Positions 8,956 to 21,856 are shown, numbered from the whole stretch's first letter. The stretch: 60,697 nt of DNA, filler included, from 3 parts of 3 records of this genome joined end to end with filler, not necessarily neighbours in it, one strand, 5' to 3'. Program-made: numbers and translations. Notes: generated by a model not told the origin, from the letters alone.

Positions 8956-10497
8956 TCACTCGAAGAAAGTCGCAAACTTTGCGGCGGGTTCATCCCAGCG
9001 GTCCGTCTGCTGAGGTTCATAGGTCTGGGTTGGGAAACTGTGGCGAACCAACTGACGAGCTTCGTCAATTGAATGCAACGAACCGCTTCCGATCATCTGC
9101 ATCAAAATGTTTCCGATCGCGGTCGCTTCAACAGGGCCCGCGACGACTCGGCGTCCGCAAGCGTCAGCGGTCATCTGGCACAGCAATGCATTGAGCGAAC
9201 CACCACCAACAATGTGAATCGTCTTGATGTGCGATTCGGTCAACGCCTCCAGATGTTGCAGACACATTCGGTACCGAAGCGCTAAACCTTCCAAGGCTCC
9301 CCGAAACAAAACCCCGTTGTCTGTCGGAACTCTTTGTCCCGTCCGACCAGCCAACCCACAGATGGCATCGATCATGTTGTCCGGTGCAACAAGAGCGGGA
9401 TCGTCCGGATTGACCAACAACGCAAACGGCTCGGCACCAGCGGCGGCCTGAGTCATCTCCGCCCAACTCGGCGCATTGCCCTGACGATCAAGAGCCGCGC
9501 GGATTTGCTGGTAAATCCAGAGTCCGCCAATGTTCTGCAACAGTCGGGTGCTTCCTCGGACTCCGCCTTCATTGGTGAAGTTCAATTCGGAACAAAGCGG
9601 CGACACGTTTGGCTGTGGGATTTCAACGCCCATCAATGACCAAGTCCCCGAACTGATGTAGCACCAATCAGGCGACGCCGGAGCAAAACCTTCCGCAGGA
9701 ACAGCCAACACCGCCGACGCCGTGTCGTGAGTCGCTGGCAAAATCACCGGAACGTCGTGCAGCCCGGTGTCCATCGCCACGCTGGGTTGAACGTTACCGA
9801 TCGTCGTCCCCGCAGGCGAAGGCTCAGCGAACCAACTGGGAGGCAGTCCGAATCCATCGAGCAACTTAGTCGACCAACTTTGCGTGGCCGGATTGAGCAA
9901 CTGAGTGGTCGATGCGTTGCTGGCCTCAACCGACCGTTCCCCTGACAGCAACCAGTGGAACAGGTCCCCCATCATCAGAAATGACTCGGCGGTTTCGAAA
10001 ACAGAATCTCCGTTCTGCTTCGCGGCGATCAACTGGCAAAGCGAGTTGATGTCCATGAACTGCATGCCGGTTTCTTGGAAGATCGTTTCTTTGGGAACAA
10101 TCTCACAAATCTTTTCGGCCATGCCGCGGTGCCGAGCGTCGCGGTAATGCCAAACCGGTCCGGCAATTTGATCGTGACGATCGACAAAGCCAAAGCTGAC
10201 CCCCCAAGTATCCACGCCAACCGACGCAATGCTGGCCCCCGACCAACTGGACTGGGCCCGCAGCGAGGCGTCTCGTAAACCATCCTGGATGTCCTGCCAC
10301 AATTGCAGGTGGTTCCAGAGCATCGCATCCTGAACCTTCAGGGGACGGTTCACAAACCGCCCAGTCTCCACCAGCTCCAATCGCCCGTCATTCACTCCGC
10401 CGGCAATCACGCGACCGCTGGACGCCCCGAGATCGACCGCCAAGTGAACAGGACCGGAGAACTGAACTTCACTGGAGGATGGCTCAGCGGCTGACAT
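8956..10497 (-). CDS. rhaB: rhamnulokinase (FGGY family)
   Basis: LAVDLGASSGRV, GVDTWGV, ATHDTASAV, ISSGTWSL and NFTNEGG. AAGGAG RBS precedes the ATG at 10497. Confidence 0.88.
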   Translation of the reverse strand: MSAAEPSSSEVQFSGPVHLAVDLGASSGRVIAGGVNDGRLELVETGRFVNRPLKVQDAMLWNHLQLWQDIQDGLRDASLRAQSSWSGASIASVGVDTWGVSFGFVDRHDQIAGPVWHYRDARHRGMAEKICEIVPKETIFQETGMQFMDINSLCQLIAAKQNGDSVFETAESFLMMGDLFHWLLSGERSVEASNASTTQLLNPATQSWSTKLLDGFGLPPSWFAEPSPAGTTIGNVQPSVAMDTGLHDVPVILPATHDTASAVLAVPAEGFAPASPDWCYISSGTWSLMGVEIPQPNVSPLCSELNFTNEGGVRGSTRLLQNIGGLWIYQQIRAALDRQGNAPSWAEMTQAAAGAEPFALLVNPDDPALVAPDNMIDAICGLAGRTGQRVPTDNGVLFRGALEGLALRYRMCLQHLEALTESHIKTIHIVGGGSLNALLCQMTADACGRRVVAGPVEATAIGNILMQMIGSGSLHSIDEARQLVRHSFPTQTYEPQQTDRWDEPAAKFATFFE

Positions 10498-11721
10498 GTT
10501 GGCTCCTTGAGAAAGCTTGAACGGGCAGAGATTGGAGGGTGGGGAAAAGAACGTGGGGCCGCATGCGAAATCGAAAAACGCGGCGAAAAAACGCCTGCAT
10601 TCCGCAACGATCCCCATTTGACCTGAATTTCGCCGGCTTAAAGGCGCTGCATCAGGCCAAGTGGAGCCGAAACACCCGAAACAATTGGCTCACGCGACGA
10701 TCTCGTCGATCAGTGCTTCGCGGCCGGGTGGACTGGCGAAACGAGCAGACAACCTAGCGTGATTAGGAAATCCGGGCGAGAAGTCTATAGCCACTTCACG
10801 GAGACTTTTTTTTCGCCCTGGCAGTATTTGCTAGCAAAGCAGTCTCGGCGACCTGGGTGACTTAACCCGAACCGGCAACGTCGGTTAGCCAAGTGCAATC
10901 ACTTTGACTACCAAATCTGAATTTGTTGAGATGGCGTGTGCGACGATCAAAATTGAGGAATCAGATGTTGACCGCCCCACCAATGCACGTAGGCTTAGCC
11001 AGACCTCCGCGAGTTCGCCTAGCGTGGAGCCGGACGCGGTCAGCTTGCGGCCACGGGCTGACATCGTTGATGAATTGCCTCAAAACCATTGATTTTTGCG
11101 ACATTTTCGCGAGAGCCGGGTTTTGGATCGATTGCTCACGACGGCTTCACGGGCCGGGTACATGAAGTGCCCGGCCGCGGACGCTCGCTTCTCAAATTGC
11201 CGTCAAATTCCCGCTGAGCATAAACCAGACCAAAATTCGTTTGGTTGCCCTTTGCGGATGCAAGATCAATCGTTAAAGTTTCGAAAGTGATCTTCGGCCC
11301 GGTGTTGCGTGACGCGTCTGTATTCGTTCTGTCCTCCCTCATTTCCGTCTAACTTTTCTTTCTCGAAGTCCTTCGTGAGCTAAGAGTTACGTTCCTTCCA
11401 CTCCTCTCGCGGTTCTCTTTCGCGAAGCCAATTCCCTCGAACGGATTCGTTTGTTGGCAATGGGTTTCACGCTTTAGATTCCGTTGCCGGGGTGCATTTT
11501 GGAACCGGAACCGCATTTGAAATCTCGATTTCATCGATTTTTCAACTGCTGATAAGCGACAGTTCATTCTGGCAAGCGGTATTCACCGTCGGAGTTCCAA
11601 CGAACCAATTTCGTCATCTCATTGATGCGGTTTCGACGAATCAAGCTCCAAACAATGTGTGGGCGGATTCCGGGCTGTGTTGGTGTTTTTGTTCTTCCCC
11701 GCGAAGGAGCTCCCACTCACG

Positions 11722-14700
11722 ATGGCAACTACGACTCAGCGTCGCCTCGAACCCACCTCGATTCGCAAATTCGGCACCGGCTTGGGCCAGTTCGATTTGC
11801 CCGACCTGACCGCCCTGCAAACAGTGTCCTACGCGGCATTCTTGCAAGAAGATGCGGCCAGCAACGCTCGCAAAGATCACGGGCTGGAGTCCGTACTGAG
11901 GGAAATTTTCCCGATCGCCAGTTACGACGGGAATACGACGCTGGAGTACCTGTACTACGAGCTGGGGAAACCCCGCTACACAATTCAGGAATGCCGTCAG
12001 CTGCGTTTGACCTATGGTCGTCCGCTGCGTATTTGGTTGCGTCTGAATCGCGAAGAGCCCATCGAAGAAGAAGTCTATCTGGGCGACCTGCCAATCATGC
12101 TGGGCGGTGGTGAATTCATCATCAACGGTGCTGAGCGTGTTGTCGTGTCGCAGTTGCACCGCAGTCCCGGTGTCGACTTCGTTCTGGAACAAGACACCAC
12201 GACCGATCGCAAGTTGCCATCGTGCCGCGTGATCCCAGAACGCGGCTCGTGGATCGAAGTCAACGTGACCAAGAAAGATGCGTTGACGGTACGCATTGAC
12301 CAAAGCGGCAAATTTGCCGCGACCATGTTGCTGCGTGCAATGGATCCGAAGTACAGCACCGACGCAGATTTGTTGTCGGCGTTCTACGAAACCGGCACCA
12401 TCAAGGTGAACGGTGGGAAAGACGCGACCAAGATCGAGAACAAGATCGCCGTCGACGATGTGGTTTACCCCAGCGGTCACGAACGTGCCGGCGAAATCAT
12501 CGTCGAAGCTGGCTACAAGATCACCACCGAACTTTCGGAAACGATCTGCAACGCTGGCGTGACTTCGGTCGAAGCAATGGACCTGCCAAAGGTACCGTTG
12601 ATCTTCAACACGCTTGCCGACGACAACACCGCCAGCCACGAAGAAGCGTTGCTGCGGATCTATCAGCGTTTGCGTCCCGGCAACCCGCCTCAGCTGGAAA
12701 AAGCGCGCACGCTGTTCCAAGAAAAGTTCTACGACGACAACCGTTATCGATTGGGCAAAGTCGGCCGTTTCCGCCTGAACCGCAAGTTGGGTCTCGGCGT
12801 CGAAGAAACCGTCATGACGTTGCGTCCTGACGACATGATCGCTGCCATCCGTTACCTGATCGACTTGTTCGACGCGGACAGCGGTGCGGAGATCGACGAC
12901 ATTGACCACTTGGGCAACCGTCGTTTGCGTACCATCGATGAACTCGCCAGCGAAGAACTCCGCAAGGGTTTCTTGAAGCTGCGTCGTACGGTTCAAGAAC
13001 GCATGAGTGTCAAAGACGCTCAAGACATGACGCCCCGTTCTTTGATCAACCCCAAGAGCGTTTCAGCAGCAATCGACTTCTTCTTCGGTCGTGGCGAACT
13101 CTCTCAGGTCGTTGACCAGACGAACCCATTGTCGCAGTTGGCACACGAACGACGTTTGTCGGCTCTCGGCCCTGGTGGTTTGAACCGGAAACGTGCGGGC
13201 TTCGAAGTTCGCGACGTGCACATTTCGCACTACGGTCGTATCTGCCCGATTGAGACTCCCGAAGGTACGAACATTGGTCTGATCAGCTCGTTGGCAATTT
13301 ATGCTGGCGTCGACGATTACGGATTCCTTTGCACACCTTTCCGCAAAGTCATCGACGGCAAAATCAGCGACGAAACCGTTTGGTTGCGTGCCGATGAGGA
13401 AGGCGAATCCTACGTCGCACCTGCTGACACCGAAGTCAAAGACGGTGCCCTGGTTCCCGGCCCCAACATGATCGCTCGTTTCCGCAGTGACTTCGAGATC
13501 GTCATGCCGGAGCAAGTGTCCTTCATGGACGTGGCTCCCGCTCAGATGGTCGGTGTCTCTGCTGGCTTGATTCCTTTCCTGGAGCACGATGATGCAAACC
13601 GTGCTTTGATGGGATCGAACATGCAGCGACAAGCCGTGCCATTGTTGGTCACCGAGCCGCCAATTGTCGGCACCGGGATGGAACGCGAAGTCGCAAAGAA
13701 CAGTGCGATGGTCGTGCGTGCTCGCCGTGCGGGCAAAGTGACCTACGCAGATGCGACTCGTATCGAAATCGGTAGCGATCACTACCCACTGAAAAAGTAC
13801 CAAGGGCTCAACGAACGAACCTGCCAAAACCAAAAGCCACTCATCACGGTTGGTGACAAGGTCGAAAAAGGCCAAATCATCGCCGACGGTGCAGCCACCC
13901 AAAAAGGTGAACTGGCTCTCGGACGAAACGTCTTGGTCGGCTTCATGTCGTTCGACGGATTCAACTACGAGGATGCGATCATCATCAGCGAAGAGCTGGT
14001 GCGAAATGACACGTACACCTCGATCCACATCGAAGACTTCGACGTCGAAATTCGCGAAACCAAATTGGGTCGCGAAGAATTCACGCGAGACATCCCGAAC
14101 GTATCCGAGAAAGCACTTCGCAATTTGGACGACACCGGGATCGTTCAAACGGGAACTTACGTGAAGCCAGGCGACATTCTGGTCGGTAAGGTTTCACCGA
14201 AAAGCAAGACGGAACTGACGCCTGAAGAAAAGCTCCTTCACGCGATCTTCGGTCGTGCTGGTGAAGACGTGAAGAACGATTCGTTGGAAGTGCCATCGGG
14301 CATCGAAGGCATCGTCATCGACACGCAGAAGTTCAGCCGCCGGATGAGTCTCGGCGAAGACGAGCGAAAGGCGTTCGAACGCGAACTGAAGCAACACGAA
14401 ACCGAAGGCAATGAAGAAATTGCCAGCACGTTTGAGTCGTTGATTCGAGACATGGAAGAGGCTTCCGGCGTCAAGCTGAAAGACTCGACCGGCACACCGT
14501 TGGCCGACGGACAAGATCCTAAGTTCGTTGCTGAACGTGCTACCAGCTTCCGATTGGAACTCGTCCTCGAGCAAATCGAAGACGAAGAGAAACGCAAAGC
14601 TGCCGAGAAGGTTCACCAAACTCAATGGCAAAACGTCGAGCAAGCCATCGACGAGCGTGATCGCAAACTGAACAGCATGAAACGCGGCGATGAACTTCGC

Positions 14701-15444
14701 TCGGGCGTGCTGCAGATGGTCAAGATCTACATCGCGACCAAGCGTACGATCAGCGTCGGTGACAAGATGGCGGGACGTCACGGTAACAAGGGTGTGATCG
14801 CCAAGATCCTTCCGATCGAAGACATGCCGTTCTTGCCGGATGGAACTCCAATTCAGATCATGCTCAACCCGCTGGGAGTTCCCAGCCGGATGAACGTGGG
14901 TCAGATTTTGGAAACTCACCTGGGTTGGGCGGGAGCCAAGCTTGGATTCCAAGCACTCACGCCAATCTTCGATGGTGCCAGCGAATCGGAAATCAACGAC
15001 TGCTTGGCGGAAGCCGGTTTGCCAGCTCACGGTAAGATCCGATTGACCGATGGTCGAACTGGTGAGCCGATGGAGCAGGAAACCACAGTGGGCTACATCT
15101 ACATGCTGAAGCTTCACCACTTGGTTGATGACAAGGTCCACGCACGCAGCACCGGACCTTACTCGTTGATCACGCAGCAACCTCTTGGCGGCAAGGCTCG
15201 CTTCGGCGGTCAACGCTTCGGAGAAATGGAAGTTTGGGCACTCGAAGCATATGGTGCCGCTTACATTCTCCAGGAACTGCTGACGGTGAAATCCGACGAT
15301 GTCGAAGGTCGAACCAAGATCTACGAATCGATGGTCAAGGGAGAAAACACTCTCGAGGCCGGCACACCTGCCAGCTTCGACGTGTTGACCAACGAAATTC
15401 GTGGTCTGGCCCTGAACATGCAACTCGAGAAACGGCCGATCTAA
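11722..15444 (+). CDS. rpoB: DNA-directed RNA polymerase beta subunit
   Basis: [33 protein letters not shown] and [25 protein letters not shown] at 11704-11709 and ATG at 11722. Confidence 0.99.
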   Translation: MATTTQRRLEPTSIRKFGTGLGQFDLPDLTALQTVSYAAFLQEDAASNARKDHGLESVLREIFPIASYDGNTTLEYLYYELGKPRYTIQECRQLRLTYGRPLRIWLRLNREEPIEEEVYLGDLPIMLGGGEFIINGAERVVVSQLHRSPGVDFVLEQDTTTDRKLPSCRVIPERGSWIEVNVTKKDALTVRIDQSGKFAATMLLRAMDPKYSTDADLLSAFYETGTIKVNGGKDATKIENKIAVDDVVYPSGHERAGEIIVEAGYKITTELSETICNAGVTSVEAMDLPKVPLIFNTLADDNTASHEEALLRIYQRLRPGNPPQLEKARTLFQEKFYDDNRYRLGKVGRFRLNRKLGLGVEETVMTLRPDDMIAAIRYLIDLFDADSGAEIDDIDHLGNRRLRTIDELASEELRKGFLKLRRTVQERMSVKDAQDMTPRSLINPKSVSAAIDFFFGRGELSQVVDQTNPLSQLAHERRLSALGPGGLNRKRAGFEVRDVHISHYGRICPIETPEGTNIGLISSLAIYAGVDDYGFLCTPFRKVIDGKISDETVWLRADEEGESYVAPADTEVKDGALVPGPNMIARFRSDFEIVMPEQVSFMDVAPAQMVGVSAGLIPFLEHDDANRALMGSNMQRQAVPLLVTEPPIVGTGMEREVAKNSAMVVRARRAGKVTYADATRIEIGSDHYPLKKYQGLNERTCQNQKPLITVGDKVEKGQIIADGAATQKGELALGRNVLVGFMSFDGFNYEDAIIISEELVRNDTYTSIHIEDFDVEIRETKLGREEFTRDIPNVSEKALRNLDDTGIVQTGTYVKPGDILVGKVSPKSKTELTPEEKLLHAIFGRAGEDVKNDSLEVPSGIEGIVIDTQKFSRRMSLGEDERKAFERELKQHETEGNEEIASTFESLIRDMEEASGVKLKDSTGTPLADGQDPKFVAERATSFRLELVLEQIEDEEKRKAAEKVHQTQWQNVEQAIDERDRKLNSMKRGDELRSGVLQMVKIYIATKRTISVGDKMAGRHGNKGVIAKILPIEDMPFLPDGTPIQIMLNPLGVPSRMNVGQILETHLGWAGAKLGFQALTPIFDGASESEINDCLAEAGLPAHGKIRLTDGRTGEPMEQETTVGYIYMLKLHHLVDDKVHARSTGPYSLITQQPLGGKARFGGQRFGEMEVWALEAYGAAYILQELLTVKSDDVEGRTKIYESMVKGENTLEAGTPASFDVLTNEIRGLALNMQLEKRPI

Positions 15445-15673
15445 GGAAGCCAATTGCCGCCAGCGTTGAGTTGGCGGCTTTGGTTGTTCGGGCCGGCATC
15501 ACGCCGGCCTGGACGGGGCGAACGCGAGACCTTCCCCGGTTTTGAACTCCCCCGGTTTTCGAACTCAAGCGTCAGAAGAATGACTCACCCCCATCTTCTG
15601 ACCTTCTTCCCAACATCAATTGCACCAGCAAAAGAGCTAGCAGCGAACTGCTAATAGCTAGGAGCTTCTCAGA

Positions 15674-18600
15674 ATGTCCATTGGCGAAACCAGCAACTAC
15701 GATCGCATCAACGATTACGCCTCCGTCCGTATCTCGTTGGCGCGACCTCAAGACATCAAAGCATGGTCGTTCGGTGAGGTCAAAAAACCCGAAACGATCA
15801 ACTATCGAACCTACCGTCCTGAAAAAGACGGCTTGTTCTGCGAACGCATCTTTGGCCCTGAGAAGGACTGGGAATGTGCCTGCGGTAAATACCGTGGGAT
15901 GAAGTACAAGGGCATGATCTGCGACCGTTGCGGCGTGAAGGTCACCCACAGCCGCGTGCGTCGTAAACGCATGGGCCACATCGAACTGGCCGCTCCGGTT
16001 GTTCACATTTGGTTCTTCAAAGCCATGCCATCGCGACTGGGCAACTTGCTCGCGATGAAAACCAGCTCGCTGGAAAAGGTCATCTACTTCCAGGATTACG
16101 TGGTCACGGATCCCAAGGACACCGACCTGGAAATGCTGCAACTCCTCACCGAAGAGGAATACCGCGCCGCACGTCAACAGTACGGCTCAGGTAGCTTCCA
16201 AGCCGACATGGGTGCGGAAGCCGTTCGCGATCTGCTGAACAAGCTCGACTTGGTCACCCTGTCCGATCAACTTCGCGTTGACTTGGCGGAAACCGGCAGC
16301 AAGCAAAAGAAGAAAGACCTGATCAACCGACTCAAGATCGTCGAGTCGATCCGCGACAGCGACAACCGTCCCGAATGGATGGTCCTCGATGTCATTCCGG
16401 TCATTCCTCCCGACTTGCGTCCTTTGGTTCTGCTGGACAGCGGAAACTTCGCGACCTCGGACTTGAACGATCTCTATCGCCGGATCATCAACCGCAACAA
16501 CCGTTTGCGAAAACTTGTCGATCTGAACGCACCGGAAGTCATCATTCGCAACGAAAAGCGAATGCTGCAACAGTCCGTCGATGCGTTGTTCGATAACAAC
16601 CGTTGCAAGCGTCCCGTGTTGGGATCGTCGAACCGGCCGCTGAAATCCTTGACCGACATGATCAAGGGAAAACAAGGACGTTTCCGCGAAAACCTGCTTG
16701 GCAAGCGAGTCGATTACTCCGCCCGGTCGGTCATCGTGGTTGGTCCTCGTTTGAAACTGCACCAGTGCGGTTTGCCAAAGAAGATCGCGCTCGAACTGTA
16801 CCAACCGTTCATCATCCGTCGTCTGAAAGAGCTCGGCCACGCTGACACGATCAAGTCGGCCAAGAAGATGCTCGAACGAAAAGACGAAGAGGTTTGGGAT
16901 ATCCTCGAGCAAGTCATCACGAACCACCCCGTGTTGCTCAACCGAGCACCAACGTTGCACCGGATGGGTATCCAAGCTTTCGAACCAACCTTGGTCGAAG
17001 GCAACGCGATCCATCTGCACCCGCTGGTTTGCAAAGGTTTCAACGCTGACTTCGACGGCGACCAGATGGCCGTTCACTTGCCGCTTTCGATCGAAGCCCA
17101 AGTGGAAGCTCACACGTTGATGATGAGCACGAACAACGTGTTCGCTCCTTCGAACGGTAAACCCATCATGAGTCCTTCACAGGACATCGTCATGGGTTGC
17201 TACTTCATGACCGTCGAGATGCCCGATCAAAAGGGCGAGGGCATGACGTTCAGCACCTACGAAGAAGTCGACTATGCGTTGGCTCAGGGCATCGTTGGTC
17301 TGCACACGCGAATCAAGTTGCGTTTGCCGAAGTATCAGAAACTCAAGACCGACGACGAGAGCGGCGAATACGGCGCGATCATCGACACGACTCCGGGTCG
17401 CGTTCGCTTCAACGAAATGCTTCCCGTCGGGATGGATTTCTACAACCGCGCCATGCGTAGCGGTGACTTGGCCAAATCGATCAGTGACTGCTATCAGCGT
17501 CTCGGACGCAAAGCAACGATTCACTTGCTCGATGACATGATGCAAACCGGTTTCCGTGAATCCACCCGCAGCGGTCTGTCGTTCGCGACGGATGACCTGG
17601 TGACCCCGGACACCAAGCTGCAGTTCATCAAGGAAGCCGAAAAAGAGGTCATGAAGCACAAGAAGGCTTATGACCGCGGTCTGATGACGGGCAAGGAACG
17701 GTACAACCAAGTTCTCGATGCTTGGACCCACGCTCGCGAAGCCATCACGGCAGACATGATGTCGGCGATGGAAAACGACATCCGGCCCGGCGGTTGGTAC
17801 ATCAACCCCGTTTTCTTGATGTCGCACTCGGGTGCACGGGGTGGTATTGAGCAAATTCGTCAGCTCGCCGGTATGCGTGGTCTGATGGCCAAGCCAACTG
17901 GTGAGATCATCGAGACGCCCATCAAGGCAAACTTCCGCGAAGGCCTGTCGGTGCTCGAGTACTTCTCGTCCACACACGGTGCTCGGAAGGGTCTGGCCGA
18001 TACGGCGTTGAAGACAGCCGACTCCGGTTACCTGACTCGTAAGCTCGCCGACGTGGCTCAGAACGTTGTGGTCACCATGCATGACTGCGGCACCACTCAG
18101 GGCATCACGAAGGGTGTCGTTTACCGTGGTGAAAAGGTCGAAGTTTCACTGGCCGAATCGATCAATGGTCGTGTCAGCCTGAAGTCGATCGTCAACCCGG
18201 TCACCGACGAAGTGATCGTGGAAGCGAACCAGATGATCACTCCCGAGATCGCACGCAACATCGAAGCGATGGGCTTGGAAAAAATCCAGGTTCGCACGCC
18301 GATGTCTTGTGACGCACCTCTGGGTGTTTGCCGATGCTGCTACGGAATGGACATGTCGACCGGATCGATGGTCGAAGAAGGCATGGCTGTCGGTATCATC
18401 GCCGCCCAATCGATTGGTGAGCCCGGTACTCAGTTGACGATGCGTACGTTCCACATCGGTGGTTCGGTGAGCAAGCAAGTCGAAGAGTCGGACATCAAAA
18501 CCAGCCGTGATGGTGAAGTTCGTTTGACACGAATGAAAGCTGTGACGAACGCCGAAGGTCGCGACATCGTGTTGACCCGGAACGGTCAAATCATGTTGGT

Positions 18601-19963
18601 CGATGATCGCGGTCGGGAAGTCGAATCGTATGACATCCCAACCGGTGCCATGCTAATGGTCAAAGAAGGCGACAAAGTCACCGCCGGACAAGTCCTGTGC
18701 GAATGGAACCCGTACTCGATTCCGATTTTGTCAGAAGTCACCGGTAAGATTCGCTTCGAAGATGTTGTCGAAGGCGAAACGATGCGTCTGGATCGCGAAG
18801 CCAGCGGTAACACCCGGATGACAATCATCGACCACAAGGGTGACCTGCACCCGCAGTTGGTCATCGAAGATGAAACCGGTCGTCCGCTTCACGCTCAGTA
18901 CTTGCCCGAACGTGCAACGATCTCGGTCAAGGAAGGCGAAGAAGTCATCCCCGGTAAGGTCCTTGCTGAAATGCCTCGTGAAACGGGTGGTGTTTCGGAC
19001 ATCACCGGTGGTCTGCCTCGTGTGACCGAGATCTTCGAAGCTCGTAAGCCAAAGGATCCGGCTGTGATCGCGGAAGTCGACGGCGAAGTCGAAATCCTCA
19101 GCGAACGCAAACGTGGCAAGCGAACGATCATCGTCCGCAGCGAATCAGGCATCGAACGCGAACACTTGGTTCCTCACGGAAAGCACTTCTTGGTGCACAC
19201 CGGCGACATCGTGAAGGCTGGTCAAGCATTGGTCGACGGTGCGTTGGTTCCTCACGACATCTTGCGTGTGACCGGGGAAGAAGCCGTTCAGCAATACTTG
19301 CTGCACGAAATCCAACAGGTCTATCGCAGCCAGCGTGTGGAAATCAACGACAAGCACGGTGAAATCATCATCGCTCGCATGCTTCGCAAGGTGAAGATCG
19401 AGAACGCCGGCGACACCAACCTGTTGCCCGGTAGCGTGATGGACCGATTCCACTTCCGCAAAGCCAACCAGGACTTGCAGAAGTGCATCAAGATCGCCAA
19501 CCCAGGTGACACGGACTACACCGAAGGCACGATCGTGCCAAAGGAAGCGTTCGAACAAACCAACGCCGAAGTCGAAGCGATGGGCGGAACGCCAGCCAAG
19601 GGCAAACGTTGCAAGAGTGCAACGGCCAGTACCCAGTTGCTTGGTATCACCAAGGCCGCCGTTCAGTCGAACTCGTTCATCTCGGCAGCGTCGTTCCAAG
19701 AAACCACCAAGGTGCTCACCGAAGCCGCTTTGGCAGGCAAGGTCGACAAGTTGGTCGGTTTGAAAGAGAACGTCATCTTGGGTCACTTGATTCCAGCCGG
19801 TACCGGTTTCCGCATCTTCCAAGAGTCGGAAGTCAACTACCGCCGCGAAGCACTCGAAGAACTGTCGCAGGCTCCTGTCTCGGCACTCGAAGAATCCTTC
19901 CCGTTGCTCGGAGGCGATGGCGAACCAGCCTCGACCACATCCAGCACGACCGAAGGCGAGTGA
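15674..19963 (+). CDS. rpoC: DNA-directed RNA polymerase beta-prime subunit
   Basis: N-terminal zinc finger (CACGKY...CDRCGV), catalytic [12 protein letters not shown] and [17 protein letters not shown] upstream. Confidence 0.99.
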   Translation: MSIGETSNYDRINDYASVRISLARPQDIKAWSFGEVKKPETINYRTYRPEKDGLFCERIFGPEKDWECACGKYRGMKYKGMICDRCGVKVTHSRVRRKRMGHIELAAPVVHIWFFKAMPSRLGNLLAMKTSSLEKVIYFQDYVVTDPKDTDLEMLQLLTEEEYRAARQQYGSGSFQADMGAEAVRDLLNKLDLVTLSDQLRVDLAETGSKQKKKDLINRLKIVESIRDSDNRPEWMVLDVIPVIPPDLRPLVLLDSGNFATSDLNDLYRRIINRNNRLRKLVDLNAPEVIIRNEKRMLQQSVDALFDNNRCKRPVLGSSNRPLKSLTDMIKGKQGRFRENLLGKRVDYSARSVIVVGPRLKLHQCGLPKKIALELYQPFIIRRLKELGHADTIKSAKKMLERKDEEVWDILEQVITNHPVLLNRAPTLHRMGIQAFEPTLVEGNAIHLHPLVCKGFNADFDGDQMAVHLPLSIEAQVEAHTLMMSTNNVFAPSNGKPIMSPSQDIVMGCYFMTVEMPDQKGEGMTFSTYEEVDYALAQGIVGLHTRIKLRLPKYQKLKTDDESGEYGAIIDTTPGRVRFNEMLPVGMDFYNRAMRSGDLAKSISDCYQRLGRKATIHLLDDMMQTGFRESTRSGLSFATDDLVTPDTKLQFIKEAEKEVMKHKKAYDRGLMTGKERYNQVLDAWTHAREAITADMMSAMENDIRPGGWYINPVFLMSHSGARGGIEQIRQLAGMRGLMAKPTGEIIETPIKANFREGLSVLEYFSSTHGARKGLADTALKTADSGYLTRKLADVAQNVVVTMHDCGTTQGITKGVVYRGEKVEVSLAESINGRVSLKSIVNPVTDEVIVEANQMITPEIARNIEAMGLEKIQVRTPMSCDAPLGVCRCCYGMDMSTGSMVEEGMAVGIIAAQSIGEPGTQLTMRTFHIGGSVSKQVEESDIKTSRDGEVRLTRMKAVTNAEGRDIVLTRNGQIMLVDDRGREVESYDIPTGAMLMVKEGDKVTAGQVLCEWNPYSIPILSEVTGKIRFEDVVEGETMRLDREASGNTRMTIIDHKGDLHPQLVIEDETGRPLHAQYLPERATISVKEGEEVIPGKVLAEMPRETGGVSDITGGLPRVTEIFEARKPKDPAVIAEVDGEVEILSERKRGKRTIIVRSESGIEREHLVPHGKHFLVHTGDIVKAGQALVDGALVPHDILRVTGEEAVQQYLLHEIQQVYRSQRVEINDKHGEIIIARMLRKVKIENAGDTNLLPGSVMDRFHFRKANQDLQKCIKIANPGDTDYTEGTIVPKEAFEQTNAEVEAMGGTPAKGKRCKSATASTQLLGITKAAVQSNSFISAASFQETTKVLTEAALAGKVDKLVGLKENVILGHLIPAGTGFRIFQESEVNYRREALEELSQAPVSALEESFPLLGGDGEPASTTSSTTEGE

Positions 19964-19990
19964 TCGCCACTTCGAATCGTTGAAAACATC

Positions 19991-20021
19991 AACCGGGCGT
20001 CCCCAAGACGCCCGGTTTTTT
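19991..20021 (+). terminator. intrinsic terminator after rpoC
   Basis: AACCGGGCGTC-CCCAA-GACGCCCGGTT stem followed by a T run. Confidence 0.85.
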
Positions 20022-20032
20022 CATGCGCGAAC

Positions 20033-20058
20033 GAGTCCTGAGTCCTGAGTCCTGAGTC
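20033..20058. repeat. (GAGTCCT)n heptamer tandem repeat truncated at the contig end
   Basis: GAGTCCT x3 plus GAGTC, running into the N linker. Confidence 0.9.
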
Positions 20059-20158
20059 NNNNNNNNNNNNNNNNNNNNNNNNNNNNNNNNNNNNNNNNNN
20101 NNTTAATTAATTAANNNNNNNNNNNNNNNNNNNNNNNNNNNNNNNNNNNNNNNNNNNN
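20059..20158. other. artificial contig linker N44-TTAATTAATTAA-N44
   Basis: N runs flank a 12-mer with stops in all six frames. GC content and gene style change abruptly across it. Confidence 0.97.
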
Positions 20159-20983
20159 GCGAATGGTAAAACGATCCATCCACACGTAGGCATCTTCGGC
20201 GATACGGCCAATGCTGGAAATGTGCTGAAGCTTATCATGGCGGGTTTCACTTAGATAGTGTAAGGCCGCTCCGGCAGCGATGATCCCTTCTTCCAGATGT
20301 TCAACTCCAAAACCTTTTAAAGATTTGGTGTCAAAATGTTTATTGAGACTTTCCTGCGCATAATCAGGCTTAAAAACCCAATCCTCTTGATAAAAAATAT
20401 GATAATCAGCCCCAAAATCTTCCTTAAAATCAGCTTTATTTTTCTTGCTTATAAGCAATTCGCTGGGAGCGAAATTTTGCAACAGTTTATCTATATAGGC
20501 AACATCGCCCTGCGCAGTTAGAAATTCACCCGTAGACACATCAAGAAAAGAGAGGCCTAGCAGGCGTTTACCATAATGAATCGCGGCCAGGAAGTTGTTG
20601 CTTTTAGACTGTAGCACTTCATCATTTAGAGACACTCCGGGCGTGACCAGCTCGGTAACGCCGCGTTTTACAATCCCTTTAGTTTGTTTTGGGTCTTCAA
20701 GCTGGTCGCAAATTGCCACGCGGCAGCCTGCCTTAACCAATTTTGGGAGGTATGTATTGAGCGAATGATGTGGGAAGCCCGCAAGTTCAGAGCGTTCGCT
20801 TCCGTTGTTTCTATTGGTTAGGATAATGCCTAGAATCCCGGCAGCTTTGACGGCATCTTCACCAAAAGTTTCATAAAAGTCGCCTACTCTAAAGAGTAAC
20901 ATTGCATCAGGATACTTGGTCTTGATGCTGTTGTACTGTTTCATCAGTGGCGTAACACTTTTTGCTTTGGTCTTTTTTGCCAT
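20159..20983 (-). CDS. mutS: DNA mismatch repair protein MutS (N-terminal part, truncated by the contig end)
   Basis: [29 protein letters not shown] and VAICDQLE. Confidence 0.97.
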
Positions 20984-21180
20984 AAAATCTTAAAAATCTG
21001 AAAGGGATTGAAGCATCACAGAAGCGCTTTTAAATGTAAGTTTTCGCTGCTGTTTGTGCGGGGTAAATTTAAAAAATACGCAAGGTTTTACAGGAGTTAA
21101 ACGCAACCAGTTATTTATTTGTTTTCAACAATAAGCAACAGCAATGCTATTCTTAACTATGAGCTTTTCTTACGGAAGCT

Positions 21181-21188
21181 TATTTTTG
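21181..21188 (+). promoter_or_regulatory. Bacteroidetes sigma-70 -7 element (TAnnTTTG) 4 nt before the methyltransferase ATG
   Basis: TATTTTTG-CGGT-ATG. Confidence 0.6.
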
Positions 21189-21192
21189 CGGT

Positions 21193-21732
21193 ATGAATAG
21201 AAAATTAAAGAACAGCGAACTCGATCGTAAATCTGTAGAAGCGTTTAAGGAGGCCAAAAAAACACCCATTATTGTGGTGCTCGACAATATTAGAAGTTTA
21301 AATAATATCGGTTCGGTTTTTAGAACAGCTGATGCCTTTTTGATCGAAGCAATTTATCTCTGCGGAATCTGTGCACAACCACCTCATAAAGACATTACCA
21401 AAACGGCCTTAGGCGCAACAGAATCTGTACGCTGGAACTATTTTGAATCTACTTTAGATGCGATAAAAGAACTGCAAGAAAATCAGTATCAGGTAGTGGC
21501 TGTTGAGCAAGCTGAGCAAGCCGTGATGTTGAATGATTTTGTTGTCGAGGCGCATTCAAAATACGCGGTGATCTTTGGTAATGAAGTTAAGGGAGTAAAG
21601 CAGCAAGTTGTGAATGCTGCCGATACGGTTTTAGAAATCCCTCAAGTGGGTACTAAACATAGTTTTAATATTTCAGTAAGTGTAGGGATTGTTCTTTGGG
21701 ATATGTATGCAAAGCTACTTAAAAGCTCTTAA
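21193..21732 (+). CDS. TrmH/SpoU family RNA methyltransferase
   Basis: VVLDNIRSLNNIGSVFRTAD, IFGNEVKGV and IPQVGTKHSFNISVS (SPOUT motifs). Confidence 0.92.
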   Translation: MNRKLKNSELDRKSVEAFKEAKKTPIIVVLDNIRSLNNIGSVFRTADAFLIEAIYLCGICAQPPHKDITKTALGATESVRWNYFESTLDAIKELQENQYQVVAVEQAEQAVMLNDFVVEAHSKYAVIFGNEVKGVKQQVVNAADTVLEIPQVGTKHSFNISVSVGIVLWDMYAKLLKSS

Positions 21733-21856
21733 TTTTTAACATTGTGAATAGTAAGTATAATTGTTAATCATAAATCTTTATTAATGTTTCTTTAAAATGC
21801 AGTTGGGGTGCAATTAAACTTTGAATCTTTACGTTCTCAACCAAAACCCAACTTAA

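Noticed and set aside
10819-10832. Sigma-54 promoter TGGCAGTATTTGCT
   Set aside because: GG-to-GC spacing is 8, not the required 10.
11641-19822. 200-460 aa minus-strand ORFs opposite rpoB and rpoC
   Set aside because: Mirror-frame shadows of highly biased genes; no independent protein signatures.
20103-20114. TTAATTAATTAA palindrome (also at 50571-50582) as a biological site
   Set aside because: Synthetic six-frame stop spacer inside N padding.
20111-20158. mutS as a truncated pseudogene
   Set aside because: The truncation coincides with the contig end and the stop comes from the linker.
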